Source of the DNA: Octopus vulgaris
Taxonomy: Eukaryota
DNA: 64,000 nt
NCBI GenBank assembly: GCA_951406725.2
Contig: OX597833.1
Coordinates: forward strand, 48,918,001-48,982,000
Direction of reading: 5' to 3'
Each line of letters starts with the position of its first letter. The stretch's first letter is position 1. This document shows positions 52,958 to 64,000 of this stretch, piece by piece. The translations under genes were made by a program, and so were the position numbers. The notes below the pieces were generated by a model. It had not been told where the DNA came from. It saw only the letters and a program-made list of their open reading frames with translations, and searched no databases.

Positions 52958-53369
52958 ATATACATGTATACATATACTCTGATGCACACACATATGTTTG
53001 TATACAGACACACATATTATTCATACAAACATACACATATTTATGTATATATGAAGAGTACAGAGAAAGTGTTAAATTTTATACATACATATATTTATAT
53101 TCACATACAGGTACATTGTTTAAATGAAACAAGTTTTACTTTTTAACACAAAGAATAAATAGTTTTCTTCCGTGCGTTTATGCATTTGAAAATAAAAATA
53201 TGAAAATGTGTTTCCGCATGAAAGCATTTTCATATAATAGTTTTACTGAAAATATACTGGTGCACGTATTCCCTAGGTAAGTTCGACATAGAAAAAAAAA
53301 AACTCAAGCAAAAAAGAAATAGAGTAAAAAAATGATTGCACGTTACTAGGAGATTTTCATATTCCCTAT

Positions 53370-53595
53370 TTTTCTCTTTTACTTGTTTCAGTTATTTGAC
53401 TGTGGCCATGCTGGAGTACTGCCTTTAGTCGAGCAAATCGACCCCAGGACTTATTCTTTGTAAGCCTAGTACTTATTCTATCAGTTGCTTGTGCTGAACT
53501 GCTAAGTTACGGGGACACCAGCATCGGTTGTCAAGTGATGTTGGGGGGACAAACACAGACACACAAACATATACACACACACATACATACATACT

Positions 53596-53629
<34 letters not shown>

Positions 53630-53936
53630 CAACGGGCTTTTTTCAGTTTCTGGTCTCTTTTGCCGAACCGTTAAGTTACGGGGACGTAAACACCAGCATC
53701 AGTTGTCAAGCGATGTTGGGGACACAAACACAGACACACAAATATGTACACACACACACACACACATATATACGATGGGCTTCTTTCAGTTTCTGTCTAC
53801 CAAATCCACTCACAAGGCTTTGGTCGGCCCGAGGCTATAGTAGAAGACACTTGCCCAAGGTGACACGCAGGGGGACTGAACCTGGAACCATGTGGTTGGT
53901 AAGCAAGCTACTTACCACACAGCCACTCCTGCACCT
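53370..53936 (-). mobile_element. SINE family A with an internal duplication
   Basis: Middle segment present twice (~53480-53650 and ~53652-53790). Confidence 0.85.
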
Positions 53937-54307
53937 GAGAAAAAAATTTGGTGGCTAAAAGAGATTATGTAGAAGAAAAGTTATGATATTTAACTTAAGA
54001 GAGTCCAGTTTGCATTGATATTAAGCTGACCAAAGTTTTAGGCAATTCTTCCATGATATGTAAGGACACACACACACTCATTCATACATGTGTATACTCA
54101 TACTGCATACATATGTCTGTGTATATATATATTACACACACGTGAGCACATATGTATAAATGAAGATAGAAAAAAATAGTACTTGAATACCCAAGGGAGA
54201 ATAAAATATCATGTTATAGAATCTGGAAAAAGAAAAAAAACAACTTCACAAACTATTATTCAGAGCTTCACCTAAACATTTGGCTGATGGTCATGAGTAT
54301 TCATGAA

Positions 54308-54343
54308 TGTCTGACAAATGGTTACATGAAACTCTCAGTAACA
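54308..54343 (+). ncRNA. Decayed minimal hammerhead motif (second family; sibling at 55474-55515)
   Basis: TGT-CTGACAA-ATG gtta CAT-GAAA-CTCTCAG-TA^ACA; the sibling has an intact CTGATGA and a 6-bp stem I AACTGT/GCAGTT. Confidence 0.55.
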
Positions 54344-54736
54344 GTTTGTGAAGTTTTCTCAGCTTCAATAAAGTAGTACATACACACACACACACACACA
54401 TATAAATTTATATATGTGGGGGCACAATGGCCCAGTGGTTAAGGCAGCGGACTCACGGTTTCAATTCCCAGACCAGGCGTTGTGAGTGTTTATTGAGCGA
54501 AAATACCTGTTGGCCTGCTTGCTTAGCCAGTGGGGTGGCATCATTGAAGGCTAAAACAATGCGAAATGCATTGTGACCAGCGATGTGTGGTAACATCTGA
54601 TGGCCTGGTCAGTCACGTGATCATGTGATGACAAGCATTGATTTCCCAATTGATCTTCCATATCCCATATGCCTTTAACAAGGATTTTATGTAATGCTTA
54701 AACAGTAATCTTGGTTTCAGCTTGGAAGCTCACAGT

Positions 54737-54784
54737 GTCTCCGATGAAGGGATATAATAAATATCCTGGAAACAGCTGTAAGAC
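54737..54784 (+). ncRNA. Type I minimal hammerhead motif, repeat copy 1
   Basis: GTCT-CCGATGA-A-GGGATAT aataa ATATCCT-G-GAAA-CAGCTG-TA^AGAC; palindromic stem III; U4C core variant. Confidence 0.7.
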
Positions 54785-54852
54785 CTTCTATTTATAAATG
54801 TTCTAAAATCTTCACAGCCTTGGTTTTTTATCTCATGTTGAAAAAAAATTTG

Positions 54853-54914
<62 letters not shown>

Positions 54915-54916
54915 AC

Positions 54917-55123
54917 CAACTTATAAATAAGGGCAAACGAAAAAATTTCTAATGCCAAATATGCCAAAATTGGACATATTGTCCATTTACCATACATAAT
55001 TTTTTCCTAGTATGCACGCTACTCGTACTGGGTAAAAAATTATATATGGTAAATGGACAATATGTCCAATTTTCGGCATATTTGGCTTTAGAAATTTTTT
55101 CGTCTGCCCTTATTTATAAGTTG
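54917..55123. repeat. ~207-bp palindrome between the two hammerhead repeats
   Basis: CAACTTATAAATAAGGGCA...GGACATATTGTCCATTTACCATA pairs with TATGGTAAATGGACAATATGTCC...TGCCCTTATTTATAAGTTG. Confidence 0.92.
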
Positions 55124-55316
55124 TTTATAATATAAGTTGTTTATAAGTTGTTTATAATATAAGTTTATAAATTAAGTTATTTTAATATGCTGGCCATTGA
55201 TAAAAATTTTTTTCGAAAAATTTTTATCCTACATTAGATATAAATATATATATATATGTATGTATATATGTATATATATAGGTTATAAGAGATAATGGTG
55301 TCATTGAGACCCCACC

Positions 55317-55368
55317 GTCTCCGATGAAGGGATATTATCAATTAATATCCTAGAAACAGCTGTAAGAC
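55317..55368 (+). ncRNA. Type I minimal hammerhead motif, repeat copy 2
   Basis: GTCT-CCGATGA-A-GGGATATTA tcaat TAATATCCT-A-GAAA-CAGCTG-TA^AGAC; stem II two pairs longer than in copy 1. Confidence 0.7.
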
Positions 55369-55977
55369 CTTCTATCTATAAATGCTCTAATATCTATACA
55401 GCCTTGGTTTTTTAATCTCATTACGCATAAAATTCATGTGTGTATATATATATATATATATATACTCAATCACAACTGTCTGATGAATGGGGATGGGAAA
55501 TTCTGAGTAGCAGTTTTTTGTGATTTTTTGTGATGGTTTTGCAGCTTTAATAATAAAGTATATTACTCTACATTTGTTATTCGAATATTATTTTCCCCCA
55601 CATTTGCATCCAAAAGAACCATCTTGGATATTTGGATGCAAAATGAAAAAAAAAACATAAAAACAAGATGGCTTCTTTATTATAGTGAGAACTTAACCTT
55701 CATTGGACAGTTCAGGTCACAGTAATTACATCTCAGTGACAGCAGACTCTTGAATATAGAATACCACATGTTAAAGCAGGCAAGATAATAATATCATTTA
55801 TTCATTGATGTGTGGTAACTGTGCTGCTAGCAGCATCAGTGCTTAAAATACGGTGGGGGTGATGAGAAATGGCTTCTGCATTACAGAGAGAGTGTTTAAT
55901 ATCTTATGGTCAGTTATGATCAGATGGCAGGTAGGATGTGAATGTCACTTAGTCACCAGTGCATAGCTTATGGTATA

Positions 55978-56211
55978 TATTTCTTTACTACCCACAAGGG
56001 GCCAAACTCAGAAGGGACAAACAAGGACAGACAAAAGGATCAAGTTGATCACATCGATCTCAGTGCAAAACTGGTACTTTATTTATCGATCCCGAAAGGA
56101 TGAAAGGCAAAGTCGACCTCGGCGGAATTTGAACTCAGAGTGTAACAGCAGACGTAATACGGCTACACATTTTGCCTGGTGTGCTAACGGTTCTGCCAGC
56201 TTGCCGCCTTA
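55978..56211 (-). mobile_element. SINE family D copy
   Basis: Flanking repeat CTTATGGTATA (55967-55977, 56208-56218), partly overlapping the head. Confidence 0.88.
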
Positions 56212-56620
56212 TGGTATAGTATGTCTTGCAGGAATGGAAGATGGTAATCTCTTTGGGCAGCAGGCATAGTATGGCTGAGTCTAGGGTGGAATATCAGGAT
56301 TATCAGGCGTCAATGGTTTGAAATACATTAAAAGATCATATCTTCTATGACAATATAAAATATCTATCTTTCTCTTAATGAATACTGTAGGCTGTTGGAG
56401 TATATGTAAAGTTTTTACAATGGCAGGGTTGGTAATTATGTTCTGAACAAGTAAGGTAGGGTCCTGTCAAGTATGCTCCATTTGATAGTGGGTATTAAAT
56501 TACTGTGGTCTCAGCATCTCCAGATGAAGCAGTACAAAAGTGTGGAGATTTTCTTGTCCTTACACCTGAAGAAGTGCATATATTGTATCTCCCTCTGAAG
56601 CAATTAGCAGATATACCCAT

Positions 56621-56920
56621 TCAGTGACTTGTAGTACTATTGGTTGGTGTATGTCCTATAGACACCATGGCTTTTGAGAAACAGGAGCCTTCCAATGGAC
56701 AGTTGATCGGATTTCTGATGTTGCAGGCAGAAGTGAGGGGTGGAAATTGTGTGGATGTATGTTTGTGTTCAGTATGGTGTGAAATGTTAGAAGGGATGTT
56801 ATCTAAACATGAATAGCTTACTTTAACATTATGTGAGTTAAAAAGTTTATTGTGTTTAAAGGTTCTAGGGAAATGTTGCTCAACTAAGTTTAGCAAACTC
56901 GTGGCTATATTTGTATATCA
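56621..56920 (-). mobile_element. Penelope-like element fragment (RT thumb and Cys linker before GIY-YIG)
   Basis: LNLVEQHFP...NKLFN..NVKVSYSCL.NI..NIS.H...CN.RNPINCPLEGSC..K.MV, typical of Neptune-like PLEs. Confidence 0.8.
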
Positions 56921-59108
56921 AATGGATTATAGCAGACTACTTTTCCTGACTGCGTTCATGTAATCCAAAATCATTTACATACATTTTCCACTGGAAACCA
57001 ATTTTATGATGAAGACACTGTTGATGCTCTTCACAAAGATGCAGAAAGCATGGATGGTATAGGGTAGAGAATAACAGGATCATAATGATGATACAGATGA
57101 CAGACAGGGGACAAAAAAGGCACAGTTTATGAGGAGAGATAATTTGATGGTTTGATGGCTGGTGATCGTGATCAATGTAAAGTAGAGGTAGAGAGAACAG
57201 AATTTACAGATTAAGAATGGCTCGTAAGTGAAACGGTTCTAGGTAGGAAGAAGGATAAAATGGCATCAAGGGAGAGCTGTAGTGAGAGAAATGATAGATG
57301 GAGTGGGGTGATGTGAGAAGGAGATTGAGCAAAGGGCTTAAGAATGAAAAGTCCTTCTTGAGCCATTGGCTCATAAAGGCAGTTTCCCAAATTCTGTGGT
57401 GTATAGTTCCCCCTTGAATAGGATGCTGTTACATCACAGGGTTACTCATTTTGGGAAGTGGTCAAATGATTGATCTAGGTCATAACAAAGGAGCAAGGAG
57501 ATTTTCCATGGGTTAAGTCTTTTTTAAAAAGCAGTAAAAAAAGGAATTTTTGATGCCACATTACAGAATGTCTGGAGGCATGCTGTACATACTCTACAGT
57601 ACTGAACCAAAATTAGTAATAATGAAGTAGACCAGAATTAGCAAAAAAACAGAATTACAAATTGACTGAATACTCATTTCTCATCTAAACCTGTCTAACT
57701 ATAAGGAAAGCTGTTAGTCCTTTCAATAGGTAAGTCTTTGGCCTTAGCCGCATGAGGCAATAAAATTATCAGCATCTCAGGAGAAAATATGCTGAGAGTA
57801 TGCTTGTTAGCTTAACATTTTTAACATTCAAACTGGCCATATGAAGCCCAAATATTCTACTAGTTTTGTGTTCAAACTGACCAAATCAGGCTGCTTACGA
57901 GTATTCTACAATGTCATTCTAAAAGTAAACATTCACATCATTGATATCATGCAGACATGAGATAATGAATGATTAATCCAAAACAATCATCATCATCATT
58001 TAACGTCCGCTTTCCATGCAAGCATGGGTTGGATGATTTGACTGAGGACTGGCGAACCAGATGGCTGCACCAGGCTCCAATCTTGATCTGGCAGAGTTTC
58101 TACAGCTGGACGCCCTTCCTAACGCCAACCACTCTGAGAGTGTAGTGGGTGCTTTTACGTGCCACTGGCACTAGGGACAGTCTGGCAGTACTGGCGATGG
58201 CCACGCTCAAATGGTGTTTTTTACGTGCCACCTGCACAGGAGTCAGTCCAGTGCCACTGGTAACGACCTCACTTGAATGTTTTGTTCTGGTCCCACTAAA
58301 GCGAATGTGAATGAATAAGCATTATATTTGACAGAATAATCTGAATGCTAAAAGGTTAACATGGCAGGAAGGTAAGCAGTCAAATTTCTGCTTTGCGTTT
58401 TTTGACCATCCATTCCTTCATTTTGTCTCTCTTCTTCCCACTCTTCATGGAGGGAACGATTGAATGAAAGACAAGCAGAAAAAAAAAATTTGCTTTACTC
58501 TGCCTTCCTTTCTTTGACTTCACATATTTTTGTTTTTCTTTCATGCTTCCTGCAAAGCAAATGGGATCTTTTTCTAGATACCCTTCTTAAATAATATAAT
58601 TTGTTTGCAATTTATTCTAAGAAATGAAGGAATTTAAAATGCAAAAAAATATCATGAATTCAATGAAGACAGTGATAATTATCAATAATGAATCTTATAT
58701 TACAAAAAAAATTATTTATCCTGGAAAAAAAGTAAAGCATGCAGTGCACACATTGTATACATAAACTCTTCACACCTGATATACATATACATAGACGCCC
58801 GCACACACACACACACACACACATAGAATAAAAGGCAATCTGTCATTTACAATGACGAGGGGTCCAGTTGATTCAGTCAATGGAACAGCCCGCTTGTGAA
58901 ATTAACATACATGTGGCTGAGCACTCCACAAACATGCATACATTTAACGTAGTTCTTGGGGAGATTCAGCATAACACAGAATGGGACAACTCAGTTTTGC
59001 CAGCTGAGTGGATTGGAGTAACATGAATTTGTCGAGAATTGATCTCATGACCTTATGATTGCAAGCCAACTACCCTAACCACTAAGCCATGTGCTTTCAT
59101 ATATATAT

Positions 59109-59394
59109 AAATTAAATTAGAGATAAAACCACTATTAGGTAACTCAAACAGTGATAGACATAAACCAAAACATAAAAAACAAAAAATAAATATAATTAAT
59201 ATAATTTAACATAATCTATATAATTTAAAAATTTAAAAATATAAAAATTTTAAATTTTAATAATTTAAATCTTAAATTTTATATATATATTGTATATTAT
59301 ATTAATTATATATATTTTTTGTTTTTTTTATGTTTTGGTTTATGTCTATCACTGTTTGAGTTGCCTAATAGTGGTTTTATCGCTAATTTAATTT
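59109..59394. repeat. Foldback with ~90-bp inverted arms around an AT-rich spacer
   Basis: AATTAG.GATAAAACCACTATTAGG.AACTCAAACAGTGATAGACATAAACCAAAACATAAAAAA and its reverse complement. Confidence 0.9.
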
Positions 59395-59473
59395 ACATTT
59401 ATACTGTGAAATTTGATTTAATCCTAAATCTAATTTTTCCCTGTAAGTTTGGATATATTCCCTAATATTATTA

Positions 59474-59517
<44 letters not shown>

Positions 59518-59782
59518 CTTTGGTGTTTCATACTTTTTGCCTATTGCGAAAATTTTTCTCCATGGCAAACTGCCATCAAAATAGACTTTTTACAAACTAA
59601 ATGTGGCCCAAACTTATTCGAAATGATCAAAAGGTTTGTTTATTTCATAATATTGCTTCATGTGCCACCATGTGTTTCGTTTTGGCCTAGTGGTCGCAGC
59701 ATGTAGTCTGTATTTACTTTCTACAGATTTCTTATAAGGAAAACAAAAGCTGCCAGTCATTTCGGAGTTGTCTTGCTTGGTA

Positions 59783-59828
59783 GCTACAGCTGATGAAAGC
59801 ATAAAGTGCTTGAAATGCATACATTAGT
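59783..59828 (+). ncRNA. Type I minimal hammerhead motif
   Basis: CTGATGA-AAGCAT aaa GTGCTT-GAAA-TGCA-TA^; canonical core, 6-bp stem II, palindromic ATGCAT stem III; stem I has two mismatches. Confidence 0.65.
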
Positions 59829-61285
59829 CCATGAGGGGCTCTCCAAAATGACTTTGATATATTACACTTCTTGTTGGAAGCAAGAACTTTTCTCCATTGC
59901 AAACCACAGTAAAATGGTCTTTTTACAGGGCAAATATGCCCCAAATATATTTGAACTGATCAAAAGTTTGTTTATTTCACAACACTGCTTTGTGTACCCA
60001 TGATGTATATTTGTGTATATATACATATATGAGTGTGTACATGCATGTAGGGATGTATACACATAATAGGATTCTTTCAGTTTCCATCTATCAAACGCAG
60101 CTGCAAAACCTTATTCAAGCCAGAGCTATAGTAGAAGACACCTGCCCAAGGTGCCATACAGTGGGACTGAACTCCAAACCACATGGTTGAGAAGTGAGCT
60201 TCTTTCCCATATGACCATGCCCACACCTAAAAACTTGCGTATTTAAAATTGAGACCAGCAATGAGTGGAACTTTATAAATCAAACCCAGTTTTCTTTGAT
60301 TTACAAAAGTGAATGAAAGCTAATATTTCAAAGTACACGAGACATGAGCCATTCTCTGCTTTTTATTTAAAAAAAAAAAAAAAAAAGCAGTTTTCTGAAA
60401 TTAACATTTTGAACATCAAAGATTCGATTCATGCAGAAAATAAAATTTCCACTACTGTCTTTCGCTAACTGACAACGTATAAAACTCTTCATCATTTCCA
60501 TTGGCTGTATGAAGTAATTACAAAAAATGATTGTGATGTAGCTCAACCCATGTTTTGCCCCTGAAATTGGCAGATAGCAATCATTATTCAAGCTCTTTAA
60601 GCTGTCTAGAAGAGAAAGCAATAAAAATGTAAATAAACCAGTGCTATATAACCACCACTCTCCACTGCCATCTTTCTCTCTCTCTCTCTACATATATACA
60701 TCTATATCTTTCTATCACTCTCCTTATTTCCATGACCACTTTCCCAGTCTCTCTTTATGTGTGCATCTCATTCTCTAACTTACTCTTTTGCGTTTTCTTT
60801 TTCTCTGTATCTGTCTCTTGTTCGATTTTTACATACATATATTAAACATAGCTGCTTTATGTTTCATAATAAATGTTATACATATCTGACCAGTGAAATG
60901 ACAAATAATGATATATATATTTAGTTTATAATAATATATATTTATATATTTAGTATATATGCATGTATATATATGTATGTGTGTGTATATATTTGTGTCT
61001 GTGTTTGTTCCCCAACATTGCTTGACAACTGATGGTGGTGTGCTTACGTCCCCGTAACTTAGCGGTTCGGCAAAAGAGACCGATAGAATAAGTACTAGGC
61101 TTTCAAAGAATAAGTCCTGGGGTCGATTTGCTCGACTAAAAGCGGTGCTCCAGCATGGCTGCAGTCAAATGACTGAAACAAGTAAAACTAAATAGATGTC
61201 TTGTTTGCAAGGCATCTATTTAGTTTTGAGGGTGTTCACTTTGTAGTTTCTGAATACAATGTGATACTACAGACAACATGCATCT

Positions 61286-61355
<70 letters not shown>

Positions 61356-61499
61356 ATGTGCACATGTGTGTGCATGTGCACATGTGTGTGCATGCGCGTT
61401 TCGAAATTTATTTTCATATATTTTGCATTTGGAAGAAGAAGCAGTGTCTACAACCATTGCAGGCCCTCTGAAACCTTTGTGATTGCTGTTGTTGCTAAT

Positions 61500-61908
61500 G
61501 GCGTAGGAGTGGCTGTGTGGTAAGTAGCTTGCTTACCAGCCACATGGTTCCGGGTTCATTCCCACTGCATGGCACCTTGGGTAAGTGTCTTCCACTATAG
61601 CCTTAGGCTGACCAAAGCCTTGTGAGTGAATTTGGTAGACGGAATCTGAAAGAAGCCCGTCGTATATATGTATATATATACATATGTGTATATGTTTGTG
61701 TGTCTGTGTTTGTCCCCAACATCGCTTGACAACCGATGGTGGTGTGTTTACGTCCCCGTAACTTAGCAGTTTGGCAAAAGCGACCGATAGAATAAGTATT
61801 AGGCTTCCAAAGAATAAGTCCTGGGATTGATTTGCTCAACTAAAGGCGGTGCTCCAGCATGGCCACAGTCAAATGACTGAAACAAGTAAAAGAGTATAAA
61901 AAAGAGTA
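61500..61908 (+). mobile_element. SINE family A full copy (partials at 60060-60228, 60960-61187, 62497-62656)
   Basis: GGCGTAGGAGTGGCTGTGTGG head through AAGTAAAAGAG tail. Confidence 0.9.
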
Positions 61909-63361
61909 TCATCAAAATCTCAAAGCTACAAGATAATGCACGATAAATTCAAAACAATTTGAATGAATAAACATTAAATGTGACTGACTAATCTGATTCC
62001 TAAAGGATTAAAGACATACTTTGGTGGGGATTAAGATCATTGGGGGAGCAATAGAGAGTGGGTTTTTTGTTTAGTTTTGCAAGGTTGTAAATGATGTTTG
62101 GAGAAAGATTGTCTATGAATTGGGTTAGGTATAAAATTAATTAAAGACATATCTATTGTGAGTGCTTCATGGTTGAGTGAGTATGTATGAAAAACATTCC
62201 AGGGATTTTTATGCTTGTTGGCACTGAGATGGAATTTTTGTTTCCTTGCTTTGAAAAAATTATCTGTGTGTTTGTATGTATTATGTGTCCATTTGTATTT
62301 CTTATGATTGTATGTCTCAAATTTTGTATGTTTGACATGTTTTTAAAGAAATGTGTGTGGGTGTGTGTGTGTGTGTGGTCATCTGGCTATGATATGCTTG
62401 TTTTCATGGCTGCAATTTGTTATTTTGCCAGTGGTTATTTTAAAAATTTCGTTAGAGAAGGGTGTTAGCTGCAAATTTAATTTAGGACATAACTATTACT
62501 CTTTTACTTGTCTCAGTCATTTGACTGCAGCCATACTGGAGCACCGCCTTTAGTTGAGCAAATCGACCCCAGGACTTATTCTTTGTAAGCCTAGTAATTA
62601 TTCTGTCGGTCTCTTTTGCTGAACCGCTAAACACACCACCATTGGTTGTCAAGCGTTGTTGATTTCAGAAACTTAACTTTTCAGAAGCTTTCAGCTTTGT
62701 CGCATCAATCAATGAATTCCCAAGAGTGAACACTGGCAATAGTTGCAGGACTGTATCTTAAAGAATGCCACTAAACTAATGACCAATTATATGTTAGATG
62801 CTCAAGAACTGAAAGCCCCCATAATCCTTTTCATTATGCCCTAGATGGTAAAATGGAAAACATTGTATATCATGAGTTGTTGATATTACAATTTTCAGAA
62901 TTCCTTGACTAAGATGGATATAGAATTAATATCATATTAGCTGGGAGCTCATTGCAACTCTTAATATAATTTCTTTACCACTTCAGAATTGCAGTTTCAA
63001 TATTTAGACATGTGGAGTTTCCTGAAGCATTTTAGTTTCCATTTGGTATCAGAATGATTAAATTTTCTTTATTGCTAGTAGGAACAGCAGCTTCCTGAAC
63101 TTTTCCTATCCCATTTTTGCTTTAGCTACGATGCTATGTGTTAAAGGAAGAGTTAATGCAAAATTGATTAGGAACAAGAATAGATGAGAACATTGTCCCT
63201 CTCCACTAATATTTTTCATTGGTCATCCTCTGTGGTATCATCAATTTCTTCCACTCCCCTGAGTCACTTCCTATCACCATAAATCTCTCAATCTTCCCCT
63301 AAAAATTCAGGTTTTGTTATCTGGTGCAGATATATAAAAAAGTTTAAGTCCCTTGGATTAA

Positions 63362-63581
63362 CCCTTTTGTTACCAACCTGGCTGAAACCGGCTCTGGCTC
63401 TGAGTACAAATGTCTTGTTTTCATAAGTTTTGAATTAAGATCTTCTATCAAACCTTAGTCACAATTTATGTTCCTAACACTAGCTGAATGATAACTAAGT
63501 TATTTTACTAAATTCTTTGTTATATTTAAAGTAATTGAAAGAAACACAGAGCCTCTCAAAATAAATACAGTAACGAAAGGG
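63362..63581. mobile_element. TTAA-target MITE family 1, second copy
   Basis: Reverse complement of 6850-7085, without the internal duplication. Confidence 0.8.
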
Positions 63582-64000
63582 ATACTTTCCCAGCTTTTAT
63601 ATCCTTAACCACTGTTTCTATCACTTTGATGATTCCTCAGCTGGATCTCCTTTGGTTAGACTCTTTCTCTCTCTCTCTCTCTCGCATGCATTCACCACAT
63701 TCAGCAGCCTCTCAAAGTATGCCTCTTTGTTTCAGCATTAATAAGAATATATGTTCTCCTAACAATCAATCTACACATCTTCATGACATTCTTGATTTTC
63801 TCCCATACTCTGCCTAGCAATCTAGATCATGCTTCTGATTCTTACACTACAGAACATGTGCAAATCTCTTTTTTTTTCTTTTTCTGAAGCTTCCTTTGCT
63901 AACTATACTTAACATCTAGCTATTTGATATTTTTGTAGCTCCCTCCTACAACTCTTTCCAAGCCTTGTATATTCCACTTGTGTCTAATTGGAGCCTTGCA

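Noticed and set aside
56560-56610. CTGAAGA-hairpin-TGAAGC beside the Penelope fragment
   Set aside because: No GAAA, UH or stem I, and opposite strand to the PLE ORF.
62700-64000. Possible old LINE fragments here and at 57050-57350
   Set aside because: Only vague motif traces; family cannot be supported by eye.

Overview
AT-rich eukaryotic genomic DNA full of microsatellites and SINEs, most likely octopus (inferred from the tRNA-derived SINE families and (TA)n/(CA)n density, not verified by search). One host gene lies on the minus strand, a KIAA0513-like gene. Three coding exons are visible (14398-11610, 10565-10472, 8741-8597), and the first is a ~2.85-kb exon encoding a long repeat-rich N-terminal extension. 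The rest of the gene appears to lie left of the window. From ~23 kb onward the window is mostly decayed, nested transposons: Gypsy, mariner, a DD37D-like Tc1/mariner, RTE, R4/Dong, L1/Tx1, CR1/L2, Penelope GIY-YIG fragments, Helitron-like, hAT and TTAA MITEs, and several SINE families. The most interesting signal is non-coding: about six unrelated short repeat families carry minimal Penelope-type hammerhead ribozyme motifs. One has two head-to-tail hammerhead repeats flanking a ~207-nt hairpin, a retrozyme-like unit of 584 nt (54737-55421). All ribozyme calls come from manual folding and are untested.
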